A DNA stretch of 64,000 bases from Promethearchaeota archaeon (GCA_029838195.1 JALGVJ010000017.1:105690-169689); one strand, 5' to 3'. Shown: positions 32,423 through 43,704, counted from the first letter of the stretch. Notes: generated by a model from the sequence alone, not told the origin. A program made the numbers and translations.

Positions 32423-32801
32423 AATAATTTGACATCGATTATTTTTTTTTAACTCATCTTCTTTTTTTTAAATAATTTTTCAATTCAATTCTCAATATCA
32501 AACATTATTTAAAATTATATTTAGGGTAAGATATACACTTTTAAAAAGCATGAAGTTCTTTTGTAAAAACCTATAATTACATCATTAAAAACTTTAAAAA
32601 TGATAATGAACTACCTGATAAACGCTTTTTTAAAGAACTTTTTCTCATTATTCAATGCGTGAAATAATGGAAAAAGGAATTGTCGTTCTTTCTAATAATA
32701 AAATAATCGAATTGTTTTAATATTTTTCTCAATATCAAAAAAGATATGAAAATTGGAAATTTAAAATAAAATATTGCATTTGAACTGCTTTTTACTGCTT
32801 T

Positions 32802-33407
32802 TTAAACTCTAACATTTAATTCTCGTAATTTTTCCCTAATATCCGTATCGGGTTTTACCCAAATTACTTTCATTCCCAAATTTTTAGCGGGTGTGAGAAA
32901 CCCTTTAATATCATCCAAAAAAACCGATTGCCGTGGATTAATATTAAAAGTTTCAATAAGAGCTTTATAAATTCGAATATCCGGCTTGATAACTTTAATT
33001 TCCCATGAAAGTATTTTTCCATCAAAAAAAGTAAAAAAATCATAGATGCGTTTTACATGCTCATAAGCTTCTTTAATAAAATTAGATACAATATATAATT
33101 TATACCCATTTTGCTTTAAATCTTTTAAAACTTGAATGTTCTTCTCAATTGGTTTTAAAATATCCATCCAATTGGCTAAAAAAGGAATTAATAAATCTGT
33201 TTCTTCCGGATACGTGTTAATAAAATAGTTTTCCGCTTCTCTCATGGTAATTAATCCTTGATCTAATTTCCACCATGTTTGACTTCGCGTTATCTTATTT
33301 AAAAAGGTATTAATTCGGGCCGTATCTCGTGTATATTGTTTTAAATAATTTTCTGGCTTGAAAGATAATAATACATTTCCTAAATCGAAAATGATGTTTT
33401 TTATCAT
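32802..33407 (-). CDS. HAD-family phosphatase
   Basis: FDLGNVL, SN, KP, FLDD. Confidence 0.9.
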   Translation of the reverse strand: MIKNIIFDLGNVLLSFKPENYLKQYTRDTARINTFLNKITRSQTWWKLDQGLITMREAENYFINTYPEETDLLIPFLANWMDILKPIEKNIQVLKDLKQNGYKLYIVSNFIKEAYEHVKRIYDFFTFFDGKILSWEIKVIKPDIRIYKALIETFNINPRQSVFLDDIKGFLTPAKNLGMKVIWVKPDTDIREKLRELNVRV

Positions 33408-33703
33408 TCATGCTCTCCTGGAATGATTAAATGAAATTATTAACAAGAAAAATGAATGCCCTCAAAAGAATTTTTTATTAATTATCGATATTCTTCTTAA
33501 ATTTTTATTTATACAATTTTATCACAATAATCAGTAATTATTCGTTTAAAGGATTAGAAATTATCATTTTTCCTCGTCTAAAGAGGTAATAAATTTCTAT
33601 TCTATTAAAATGAGGATAAATGCTACATTTATTTTTACCTTTAAAAGTCGAAAGAATTTTAAAAAGAAAAATTCATTATTAAATTGTTAATTAATAATAA
33701 GGG

Positions 33704-34441
33704 GTGATTACAATAATAGAATTTACACCATTAGAACTCTTACAAGGGAGTTTAACTCTTGGTTTTGTAGTGATTTCCACATTTTTGGGGTTATTAATAA
33801 TGATAAAATATCGTAAAATTAAATTAAAAGTGCTTTTATTTGTCGGGATTTCATGGATTTTGCTCATGAGTCCTTATTGGCCTGATGCGATTAATTTTAT
33901 CATGGGATTATCGATTGGAGAATTATTAAATCATCAAACTTACTTCTTCTTAGCAAATGGATTAATCCCAATTGTACACGTGACATGGCTTTTTGCCTTT
34001 ACTGAGTTATTATATAAAAACAAGCAGCGATTAATCGTGCTAATTTTTACTATTGAAGCCATCATGTTCGAAATTTTCTTTTTGTATTTTCTATTTACGA
34101 TTCCTGAACAAATTGGAACTCAAATGGCTCCATTTTACGTGGAATGGACGGATTTTATCGTATTTTACTTGCTCTTCTCTATTATCGTATTTTTAGCCAC
34201 CGGATTATTATTTGCCGGAAAAAGTATTAGGTCAGAGAACGAGGAAGTACGATTGAAAGGGAAATTCCTTTTGATAGCTTTCGTTTCTTTTGCCATTGGA
34301 ACATTTATAGACGCCATTGGAGGCTTAACTGAAATCACATTAGTTCTTGCAAGAACTTTCGTTACAATCGGAGCCATCATGTTTTATATTGGTTTTATAC
34401 TGCCACGATTTGTTAAAAACGTATTCATACGAGAAGAATAA
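33704..34441 (+). CDS. Standalone ~7TM membrane protein (paralog 3)
   Basis: FTPLEL, SPYWP, KGKFLLIAF..F.IG..ID...R..YIGF..P shared with 415 and 1796. Confidence 0.82.
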   Translation: MITIIEFTPLELLQGSLTLGFVVISTFLGLLIMIKYRKIKLKVLLFVGISWILLMSPYWPDAINFIMGLSIGELLNHQTYFFLANGLIPIVHVTWLFAFTELLYKNKQRLIVLIFTIEAIMFEIFFLYFLFTIPEQIGTQMAPFYVEWTDFIVFYLLFSIIVFLATGLLFAGKSIRSENEEVRLKGKFLLIAFVSFAIGTFIDAIGGLTEITLVLARTFVTIGAIMFYIGFILPRFVKNVFIREE

Positions 34442-35114
34442 AGGGAATAAACTATAGCAATAATAAAAATATTTTCTCTTTTTCCTAAAAAAATATTTTT
34501 TGAGGATTTTTAAAGTGCTGTATAAATTAGAATATTTATTTTTTTTATTATATCTTCTTCATTTTCACCTTATTCGTTTATTTAACATTTAAATTCTGCT
34601 AATTCGGAGAAAAAAATAATTTTCTATGCAAGAATCTTCTTTGTGATGTTTACCACAAAAATTTAAGTAGCTTTTAAGTCCACTATTTATTAACATGGCA
34701 GATAATTTTTGCGTTTTGGTTCGGATTGATAAGAAAATTCGCAAATCATTTTCTAGTTGATGATAAAACCGTTTCGCATGCTTTTAGCATTTGCACAAAT
34801 GTTAACCCTCCAGAATTGAATGAAGTAGAATGGACTCCTGAAAACGTGAAAAAATATAAACGGGAGATAGGGGATTGATGTGTATTATATTCGGGTCAAT
34901 TTCCCGATTATCATGAATTGTTGTATGATAGAAGAATCAATGAAAATCTATCTAACAGAACCTCTGAAGTGCATTTTATACATCGAATTTCCGCCTTTAT
35001 TTACATAAAACCCAATAATTATACAAAGTATTTCATTAAGGATGAGCAAGCTCCTAATTCCACGGGATATATGTTCAATACTCTAATTATAAATTTAAAC
35101 AAACAGTCCTATCA

Positions 35115-35212
35115 TCCCGTCGTTAGAGGAAACGGGAAAGATCGATGATGCATCACGGCGGCGAGAGGCCACCGCATGCGAGATGATCTTGAAGTAATAA
35201 CGCCGAGAGGCG
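35115..35212 (+). ncRNA. Candidate structured RNA (three GC-rich hairpins)
   Basis: Stems TCCCGT/ACGGGA; AAGATC/GATCTT enclosing GCAT/ATGC and CGGCGGC/GCCACCG; CGCC-GAGA-GGCG; TATA-like TTATAAAT at 35087-35094. Confidence 0.4.
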
Positions 35213-35318
35213 GGCGGAATTCGAGTTTATCCAAAAAGCTGAAAAGAAATAAGAAAAATAAAAAAAAGTCCGAATTAAAGGGAAATTAGCATGATTATTT
35301 TTTTTCTAACCAATTTTT

Positions 35319-36245
35319 TCATTCGAGTTCTTTGATCAATTTGAAATAGATAAACATCATCCATCCAATCAAGCCAACGTGCAAAATATCATTAGCATTG
35401 AACCATATCCCATGTGACCACAAAATAGAGGCCACACCGGAGAAGTAATAAGCGAAATACACTGACATCACGATTGCCAGAAAAATCCATATCCTTATTA
35501 AAGATAATTCTACCTTAGCTTTTGTTTTCCGGTATTCTACAATATTTTGAATGAATAATAAAATAAAACTACTTAATTGAAACACCACCATCATTTCGAA
35601 GGAAATTAAAAACCGATTCACTAAAACCATACCGAAAGATAAGATTAGAAAATATGAGCAAAGATTGACGCCGGCATAAACTTTCATGGTTTTTTGAACC
35701 TTTTCGGATTGACGCAAAAATGATTGAGCCAATACCATCCCGTTTATGCTGATTACGGTTAAAGCTAAGTATCCGATCTCCCACCAAGTGGTCCACAAGC
35801 AGTATTCTTGTCCACGACATTTTAATTCATAAAAAAATGCTTGATAACTGGTTCCCGCAAATAATGTGCCGATACCCCATATAATCAGAGAAATTCCCCA
35901 CATTTCAACAAATTTTATTTTATCTTTACCATTTGTACGCAATTTTCGAGTTTTTGAAGATTTCGATAAGAGAACGACGCCAATTATAATAGTGATTAGC
36001 CCTAATCCGTAAACGAAGATGGTGGAACTGGGTTCCGACCAAATAAAGGATAAGGTTCCCCAGTTCACTTCAATATATGGGTGAGTTGCTAAATACTCCA
36101 CCGGTTTCATGTTAGGTTCTTGTAATAAGAGGGCTAGGTTGTTAAAGGTGATCAATACCACCAGAAAGATGAAAAAAGCTAGTAAATTAAAGATAATTAA
36201 AATTATATCCCATCTAGATTTTTTTCCTTGCATACTAATATGCAA
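35319..36245 (-). CDS. Multi-pass membrane protein, DUF6962/CREST-like
   Basis: ~8 TM, EPSS near the N-terminus, WFNANDILH at the C-terminus. Confidence 0.55.
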   Translation of the reverse strand: MHISMQGKKSRWDIILIIFNLLAFFIFLVVLITFNNLALLLQEPNMKPVEYLATHPYIEVNWGTLSFIWSEPSSTIFVYGLGLITIIIGVVLLSKSSKTRKLRTNGKDKIKFVEMWGISLIIWGIGTLFAGTSYQAFFYELKCRGQEYCLWTTWWEIGYLALTVISINGMVLAQSFLRQSEKVQKTMKVYAGVNLCSYFLILSFGMVLVNRFLISFEMMVVFQLSSFILLFIQNIVEYRKTKAKVELSLIRIWIFLAIVMSVYFAYYFSGVASILWSHGIWFNANDILHVGLIGWMMFIYFKLIKELE

Positions 36246-36421
36246 GTAATTCCTTTTTTAAAAATAATACCGTCAATACTTATTTAAAAACATTAAAGCT
36301 CTGCGTTTAACAAACTAAGAAATTTTTAAAGAAAAAAGCAAAAAACAAGGCTATTTAAAGGAATTTCGTTTCTTAAAATTTTTCATTAATAATATCGAGG
36401 AGCGTATCTTGACCAAAAATC

Positions 36422-37660
36422 CTAATAGTTAAAACCCTTTAACTGCTGTACCGTGGTGTACATGTCTTTACCACCTTTTCTTAAATAGTCCATGGCTTCC
36501 TCAATTCCTTCAATAGTTAAATTAAACATTGGAATTATTGAAGATATAACTTTTCTCGTCCAAGGCATCCACTCAAACCGAATGATCTCAGGATTTAACC
36601 ATACCACGTTGTTTTTAAAATGATTCGCAATTTCTTTTAGATAATAAATACCGGGTAGTTCATTACGGTGATAATAATAAATTGAGCCGTACTTTTCAGT
36701 CAACTCATAAGAAGCCATTGCGGCATCCCCAACAATGCAAACTTTATAGGAGCTGTTATATTTTTTGAGAAAATCCTCGAATGAAATGGACTCATCGGGA
36801 TTTCTCTGAGCGTTAAAATACAACGATTCATAAATGCAGTTGTGAAAATAATAGTATTTAAAATCTTTCCAATGGGACATGTTATGGGCAGCTGAGAATA
36901 AGAGATTTACCAAATGAGCGTATGGTGTCATGGATCCCCCGACATCCATCAATAATATGAGTTTCACCTCATTCTTGCGTCGTTTGTCAAATACAATTTC
37001 AATATCTCCGCCATTTTTGGCCGTTTTGTCTATCGTTTTATCAATGTTTAATTCATTTCTTTTTCCAATTTCCTCCAATTTTCTAAGCCGTTTAAGAGCA
37101 ACTTTTATTTGTCGGGTATCTAAAACAATATCTTTTCGGTAATCTTGAAAAATGCGTTTTTGAGCTATTTGAATCGCCATGCGCATGCCCGAATTACCCC
37201 CTACTCGCATTCCCATGGGGTTTTGTCCCATGTTTCCAAATTGAGAATCTCCTTGCGTTCCAATCCAATGATGACCAAAATTATGTTCTTCATCTTGTTT
37301 CTTCATTAATTCTTCAAAATGCTTCTGTAATTCTTCAATATTAAAGTCGTACATCATGTCCTTAAACATTTGAGACATTTCTTCTAATTCGGCAGAATCG
37401 AACTTCTTCTCCAGCCAATCCCAAATTTGCTTTTTTATATCTTCGGGAAAAGAAAGGCGTGCATCACGAAAATAGTTCGCAAAAGCGATATCATACACGT
37501 CATATTGGTGCTCATTTTTACAGAGAATCGAACGAGAAGTATAATAAAATTCTACCATGTTATGAACAAGACCTTTATCCAAAGCTTCCATGAGAGTCAT
37601 GTACTCATGGATGGAAACGGGCAATCTCTCCTTCAAGTAATAAAAAAAATCAATGAACAT
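36422..37660 (-). CDS. CoxE-like VWA-domain protein
   Basis: DVGGSM MIDAS, YFHNCIY, VGDAAM, WLNP. Confidence 0.88.
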   Translation of the reverse strand: MFIDFFYYLKERLPVSIHEYMTLMEALDKGLVHNMVEFYYTSRSILCKNEHQYDVYDIAFANYFRDARLSFPEDIKKQIWDWLEKKFDSAELEEMSQMFKDMMYDFNIEELQKHFEELMKKQDEEHNFGHHWIGTQGDSQFGNMGQNPMGMRVGGNSGMRMAIQIAQKRIFQDYRKDIVLDTRQIKVALKRLRKLEEIGKRNELNIDKTIDKTAKNGGDIEIVFDKRRKNEVKLILLMDVGGSMTPYAHLVNLLFSAAHNMSHWKDFKYYYFHNCIYESLYFNAQRNPDESISFEDFLKKYNSSYKVCIVGDAAMASYELTEKYGSIYYYHRNELPGIYYLKEIANHFKNNVVWLNPEIIRFEWMPWTRKVISSIIPMFNLTIEGIEEAMDYLRKGGKDMYTTVQQLKGFNY

Positions 37661-37869
37661 AATAATACATGAATCATTATTTTTTATTCGTTTTTACATG
37701 TTATAAAAATGATAATCTTACAAAATAACAATGGCATTTTTTGCCTAAAATTTTTATTATTTTCACAAATTCATACCTCGTGAAAAAATAAACATAAATC
37801 AAAAAAAGTCTTTTTGTCAACTATTTTTATTTATTTTGTCTTGCATGCACAAATTTAAGTTATCATTTT

Positions 37870-38223
37870 TCAATAGATTCGATTTTTTTTTTTAATTTTT
37901 TCTTTATATTCTTGAATGTTAAATTTTTTAACACGATTAATTCCGATGTCCGCATCTTCTTCTGTTAGATCCAATTGAATATTATTTTTTCTACAATATT
38001 CGATGAATTCCCATAGAGTTATTCCGGCTAATTCTGCTGCTTTTCCTAAAGATAATTTTCTTTTTCTATATTCATTTAGCATTGTTTCAATTTTTACTTC
38101 TCGAATTGATTTATTTAGTAAATACCTTATGAGATTACTTCTATCCATATTGAGCAAGTTTTGTAAATTGTTAATTTCTTCATTCATTTTTTTTGGTATG
38201 ATAATAGTTATTCTTTTACTCAT
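37870..38223 (-). CDS. UPF0175-family antitoxin-like protein
   Basis: RHH-like N-terminus, LSLGKAAELAGITLWEF. Confidence 0.75.
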   Translation of the reverse strand: MSKRITIIIPKKMNEEINNLQNLLNMDRSNLIRYLLNKSIREVKIETMLNEYRKRKLSLGKAAELAGITLWEFIEYCRKNNIQLDLTEEDADIGINRVKKFNIQEYKEKIKKKNRIY

Positions 38224-38545
38224 AATTTTTCCCCTCATTTTAATATTTTTGATAAACCAATGCTCCTAACCAACCATCTGAAGAATATCTTGCAAGATTT
38301 ATAACATATTCCTCCGTATTTATAATATCATTTTTTAATAAAAGTAATAAAGTATCGGTTGTTGTTAAAAACTTAATTTTGTGTTATTCTGCTAAAATCC
38401 TTGCTTTTTTTTCATCTATTATGAGAATACAATCAAAATATTTTGCTAATTGAATAGATTCTGATTCTCCGGGATGTAAATAATTCGTTAATAATGAATC
38501 AGGATTTTATACATGAATTATTTTTATTTTATTATCAAATTATAA
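38216..38545 (-). pseudogene. DUF3368-type PIN toxin pseudogene
   Basis: LHPGESESIQLA...LIIDEKKAR with in-frame stops; N-terminus missing. Confidence 0.7.
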
Positions 38546-38695
38546 TTCGTTAAAAATTATAAAAACTTAAATTGGAAATCTTACCTTATCCAAAACAAAA
38601 AAAATCAATGAAAATGATATTTTTGCTGCATTATTTTTATTCGTTTGAACTATAATTTAAAAAGAATTTAATTTAACAAGAAAATATTAATTCTT

Positions 38696-39547
38696 TTAGA
38701 TGGGAAATTTAACTTTATCCAAAACGATCTCAAGATCTTTTTCCTTTTTAATTAAAACGCCGAGGAAAGGAATGTGATGCTTCATTTCATCCACTGTTAT
38801 TCCACTTTTCAAGAGAACACCAATCCAATCAAGAAGTTCTGAAGTAGAAGGCATTTTTCTAAGTTGAGTAATGGTTCTTAACATGTAGAAATGCTTCAAA
38901 CATTGATTTAATAAATTTTCTTTTAAGTTTGGATAATGTAGCTTACAAATTTCTGCCATGAATTCCTTAGAGGGAAATTCAATATAATGAAATACACAGC
39001 GACGCAAAAAGGCATCAGGAAGCTCTTTTTCATTATTTGATGTGATGATGACGATGGGCCTGGTTTTTGCTTTTATGAATTCCCGAGTTTCTTTTATATA
39101 AAATTCCATGACATCTAATTCTTGAAGTAAATCATTTGGAAATTCTATATCTGCTTTATCAATCTCATCTATTAGTAATACACATTGCTCTTCAGATACA
39201 AAAGCCTCCCCAAGGGGGCCAAGCGTGATGTAATCATGTATGTTATTCACATCCCTTTCATCGCTTCCAAATCTGCTGTCATTTAACCTCTGAACGGTAT
39301 CGTACATGTAACAACCGTCAATAGCCTCAGTGGTGCTTTTAATGTTCCAAATGATTAATCGCTTTCCTAGGGCTTCTGCTATGGCGTGAGCCAAGAGAGT
39401 TTTTCCCGTACCAGGCTCTCCTTTTACGAGAAGCGGACGGCCCAGCGCAATAGATACATTTACTATATTTCTGAGTTGGGGATCTGCGATGTATTTAATC
39501 CTGTCAGTATTGACGTCTCCCTTAAATTGATTAAAGGATTGACTCAT
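38696..39547 (-). CDS. MoxR/CoxD-family AAA+ ATPase
   Basis: GEPGTGKT, LLIDEIDKAD, ELPDAFLRRC. Confidence 0.92.
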   Translation of the reverse strand: MSQSFNQFKGDVNTDRIKYIADPQLRNIVNVSIALGRPLLVKGEPGTGKTLLAHAIAEALGKRLIIWNIKSTTEAIDGCYMYDTVQRLNDSRFGSDERDVNNIHDYITLGPLGEAFVSEEQCVLLIDEIDKADIEFPNDLLQELDVMEFYIKETREFIKAKTRPIVIITSNNEKELPDAFLRRCVFHYIEFPSKEFMAEICKLHYPNLKENLLNQCLKHFYMLRTITQLRKMPSTSELLDWIGVLLKSGITVDEMKHHIPFLGVLIKKEKDLEIVLDKVKFPI

Positions 39548-39706
39548 GCTTGAGTAAATTTTCTGAAAGATAAAAGTTTTTTGTTTAAATTAGAGAAGAT
39601 AAAAAAATTAAAGGAATGAGAATATATAGAAAATAATTGAAATTCATGATGTTCTTTATTGAATACATGAATTTTTATTAAATCGTAATAAAGCACCAAG
39701 TGATTC

Positions 39707-40603
39707 ATGATGGAAATAATACGCACGCCCGATGAGAGATTTGAAAATCTCGCGGGATATGATTTTAGACCTAATTATCTTCACGTTAATGGGCTTAGGC
39801 TTCATTACGTCGATGAAGGAACAGTAGCAAGCGAAACCATTCTATTAATGCATGGAGAACCGTCTTGGGCATTTTTATATCGGCACATGATACCTCCTTT
39901 GGTAGAATCCGGATTCAGAGTAATCGCGCCCGATTTAATCGGATTTGGCCGTTCGGATAAACCCATGAAACAAGCGGATCATTCTTATCAAAAACACGTG
40001 GAATGGATTGCAAGTTGGATGAAAACCATTAATCTTAAGAACATCACGATGTTCTGCCAAGATTGGGGTTCACTTATTGGGTTAAGGGTTGCTATAGAAA
40101 ATAAAGAAAGATTTAAACGGATCATTCTTGCAAATGGCGGGCTACCGACCGGCGAGCAACGCATGAATGAAGCTTTTTTAAGATGGAGAGAATTTTCCCG
40201 AAATTCTCGGCAATTTAAAATTGAAAGAATAATTCAAGGAGGAACCGTTACAAAATTAACTAAAAAGGTTTTACAAGGCTATGCAGCCCCCTTTCCAGAC
40301 GATTCTTACATGGCAGGGGCTCGCATCATGCCTTCTTTAGTTCCAATTAGCACGGATGACCCCGAGCATGAGGCTAACAAGAGAGCGATTGAAGAATATA
40401 AAAAATGGGATATTCCTTTCTTGACGGCATTTTCCGATAAGGACCCTATTACTCGAGGTGGAGAAAAATTTTGGCAAGAAAATGTTCCGGGAGCAAGAAA
40501 TCAAGATCATATTATCATTAAAAATGCGGGACATTTTTTACAAGAAGATAAAGGGTCCGAAATAGCGGAAGTTATCATTAAATTTATTGAAAAAAATCCT
40601 TGA
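39707..40603 (+). CDS. Haloalkane dehalogenase (DhlA/DhmA-like)
   Basis: RTPDERF, HGEPSW, QDWG nucleophile motif, DPIT, GHFLQED. Confidence 0.9.
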   Translation: MMEIIRTPDERFENLAGYDFRPNYLHVNGLRLHYVDEGTVASETILLMHGEPSWAFLYRHMIPPLVESGFRVIAPDLIGFGRSDKPMKQADHSYQKHVEWIASWMKTINLKNITMFCQDWGSLIGLRVAIENKERFKRIILANGGLPTGEQRMNEAFLRWREFSRNSRQFKIERIIQGGTVTKLTKKVLQGYAAPFPDDSYMAGARIMPSLVPISTDDPEHEANKRAIEEYKKWDIPFLTAFSDKDPITRGGEKFWQENVPGARNQDHIIIKNAGHFLQEDKGSEIAEVIIKFIEKNP

Positions 40604-41158
40604 TGAATTGTTTTTTCTTTCCTATTAAACAAACTACATGCGATTTTCCGATATCCAACCTTATATTTTTATTATTTATTAATTTTTTAATTTGTTTAAA
40701 ATATTACATGTTTTTAGTGGTTGATCCGATATACCATTTTTATATAAAATTTACTTTTTTCATGGAAAAAATTCAATATTCTTGGGCGTTCATGTCCTTA
40801 GCTCCAATAAATTATTTAGCTTTTTACTATCCATTTATTAGGGTCATTGTTTTAATTTCCATGAAAAGTTCTCATGTTTTTACTTTTTAAAAGATTAAAA
40901 ATTTTTTTAATGCATTTATTTATTCTCTATTTTATTTTTGTAGCTACATGTTCTCATGAACTTAAATTAAAATTATTTAATTAATCGTAATAGATTTCGG
41001 AACTATTATAAACAATTTATTGACTTTCAATTTAACATATTACATTAAAGAGTATTCTCTTAATTATTTTTATTAAAGAGAATCTCTTCCATAAAATATA
41101 GCGCAATGTTTTTTTACCTTTATTTATCCTAAAATAGGATATAATTCCGTGAATAGAT

Positions 41159-41890
41159 ATGAAAAAATTTCTAACTGTTTTTGGAATCGTGCATTGGGGG
41201 CTTATTGGGTTTTTGATTTATTATTCCATTTTCGTTTTAAAAATAAATTGGAGCTGGATTTTATTTGGCTTTCTCGTTTACTTGGTATTTTTTTTCTTAG
41301 TAATTGTTCGAATTATTCGCCATTACTATCATTTCCCCATTCCTTCTATCATGACTCAAGTTATTGATAATCCCTTGCGGAGGAAATTCATTCAAAATCC
41401 TGAAATTATTGCGGATAGAATGCAACTTGAACCCGGAATGAACATTGTAGAGATCGGCCCAGGTAAAGGACATTATACAATTGCCGTGGCAAAACGTATT
41501 TTACCCGATGGAAAAGTATACGCAGTAGATATTTCAGAAAAAGTTATTAACCTTTTGAAAAGAAAGATAGAAAAAGAAAGAATTACTAACATCATTCCTC
41601 AAATAGAAAATGCACATGCTTTTTCTTTTTCTAATGAAAGCATAGACCGAGTATTTGCAATTGCTTGCTTACCAGAAATTCCTGAACCGGTAAAAGTATT
41701 GAAAGAATGTTATAGAATCTTAAAGCCAATGGGATTAGTAAGCCTTTGCGAATTATTTATCGATCCAGATTATCCTCGCAGAAAAACAGAAATGAAATGG
41801 GCAAGAAAAGCGGGATTCGAATTGGAGCAAGGATTCGGAAATTGGTTTGCCTATCAATTAAATTTTCGTAAAAAGTTCAATAAATTTTGA
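41159..41890 (+). CDS. Class I SAM-dependent methyltransferase with N-terminal TM segments
   Basis: VEIGPGKG, YAVDI, RILKPMG. Confidence 0.87.
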   Translation: MKKFLTVFGIVHWGLIGFLIYYSIFVLKINWSWILFGFLVYLVFFFLVIVRIIRHYYHFPIPSIMTQVIDNPLRRKFIQNPEIIADRMQLEPGMNIVEIGPGKGHYTIAVAKRILPDGKVYAVDISEKVINLLKRKIEKERITNIIPQIENAHAFSFSNESIDRVFAIACLPEIPEPVKVLKECYRILKPMGLVSLCELFIDPDYPRRKTEMKWARKAGFELEQGFGNWFAYQLNFRKKFNKF

Positions 41891-41902
41891 GTTAGACACG
41901 AA

Positions 41903-42594
41903 TCAAATAAAAGATTTTAAAGCATGCTCTCCCTCTTTGAGTGCTAAATCAAGTATAGCTTCTACCTGAATTTCTACCGTATTAAGTAAAGGAATGGTCG
42001 TCATGTATTGAGTTATAATTAAATGAAGTTCCGTGCACCCTAAAATCACGCCATCAATATCTTTTACTTTTATAAGCGAGAGCATGTTATTACAGCTTTG
42101 TTCCTAAGTGACACCTATAACTAAATCGTTAAATTTTATTTTATCAATAATGTTTTGATTCTCCAAACTCGGAGTAATCACTGCGATTCCATATTGTTTA
42201 AACCCATCCTGATAAAATGAAAACTGCATGGTTATTTATTCCTAATATTAATACTTTTTTCATCTCTTTTTCTCTTACTTTTCAAGTTCATGAAAAACTA
42301 ATAGAGGAGAATTAGCAACCACAAGGATTAATTCCGCTCCAGCAGCTTGTAATGAGGAAATTCCTTTTAAAAGACATGCTAAAGGATTTGATTTATCAAT
42401 CGCATTTTTAAAATCGGTAAATTTCTGAAAATTCACACTGAAAATGATGATTCTTGAGTAATAATAATCATGAAAACGCTTGAAATAATTGTAGTGTATC
42501 AAATCGTAATACATTAGAGTTGATTTATAACTCATTCCTCCTAATATTCCAATCCTTTTTTTCCTTTTTCCAGAAATCCTTCAATTTCCAACAT
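41903..42594 (-). pseudogene. Asp/Glu (YgeA-like) racemase pseudogene
   Basis: GILGGMS..ST..YY, TM...FY, ILGCTEL spread over fragments with stops and frameshifts. Confidence 0.8.
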
Positions 42595-42710
42595 GAAAAT
42601 GAATTAATTGACCGAAGGACTCTATTGTTTAAAAAATATTATTTAATCGATTCATAAAAAAATTAAAAAAAAATGAGAGGTATTTTTCCTTCTTTATCTC
42701 CTATAATTTA

Positions 42711-43439
42711 TTATCCTCGTATTAATCCAAAATAAAAAAGCCAAAAGCTACTTAAATATCCAATCCGAATAAAAACAATAGCAATTCCGGGCACCGTTAC
42801 CCCTTCGAACAATCCAAAAATACAAAATGAAAACGACCCCAAGGATAATAATAGGAATTTTTTCCTCATGGTTCCCGAGGACTGCCATGCTTTCCTCAAG
42901 AAACCAATTCCTAGAAAAAACACGAGAGAGAAGAGTAAAATAGCCATCAAGATTCCCGCTACTGAGTATAAATTAATGTTATAATCAATTAAAACTTCTG
43001 GCGATTCCATGTTAACAGGGTATACAAAATTAAAAGAATCTAAAGGATTAAGGAATATTATAACTTCGAAAAGAATGCTTAAAATGATAAAAATGGAAAG
43101 AATGAGCCAATTATTTTTCTCTAATAATAACTCCACGCCAATATAAATCGATACGATTATTACCGGCGCATACCAAACATAACTTAAAAGCCCCACCAAG
43201 CCATGATCATTGGGAAGATTCTGTCCCACCAAAAGAACGGAAAGAAAATCTAAAAACACTCCCAAAAACATGAGTCCGGCAAACATTGAAGCAGCTCCTA
43301 AATAAATCAACAGTTTCGCATTAAGTTTTTTCGCTCTATAAATGAAAAAACTCCCAAATATTATCCCAAAAATCACCACGAAAGAAGAAGTTATCCCATC
43401 TATCCATCCAAAGGTATTTAACACGATTTTAACCTCCAT
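42711..43439 (-). CDS. Standalone ~7TM membrane protein (distant paralog 4)
   Basis: 242 aa, about seven TM, RKKFLLLSLG...FEG...R...YFG terminal pattern. Confidence 0.75.
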   Translation of the reverse strand: MEVKIVLNTFGWIDGITSSFVVIFGIIFGSFFIYRAKKLNAKLLIYLGAASMFAGLMFLGVFLDFLSVLLVGQNLPNDHGLVGLLSYVWYAPVIIVSIYIGVELLLEKNNWLILSIFIILSILFEVIIFLNPLDSFNFVYPVNMESPEVLIDYNINLYSVAGILMAILLFSLVFFLGIGFLRKAWQSSGTMRKKFLLLSLGSFSFCIFGLFEGVTVPGIAIVFIRIGYLSSFWLFYFGLIRG

Positions 43440-43704
43440 GAGTTTAATTTAAAATAATACCATTTGATCATAAATAGAATGCATATTTATTCTTTTGGTA
43501 ATTTTTTCTATAAACGTGATCATGGTTTAAAAATTAAAGACAATGCTTATGCCAGTAAGAACCAAAATAACAAGAAATTCAAAATTATAAGGGTTTAAAA
43601 TAAAAAAATATTTTTTTTAATTATTTATTTTGAATATGCCATTATCTTGTTTAAGAAGCGCGGCAACATCATGATTGCTAATCGGATGCTTCAGATCTCA
43701 TTTA

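Noticed and set aside
34680-35148. Startless open frame 34678-34878 and the 76-aa ORF 34918-35148
   Set aside because: No recognisable family or convincing start; possibly decayed genes.
43654-43691. Weak GAAGC/GCTTC stem-loop downstream of the thiolase gene
   Set aside because: Short stems that could arise by chance.
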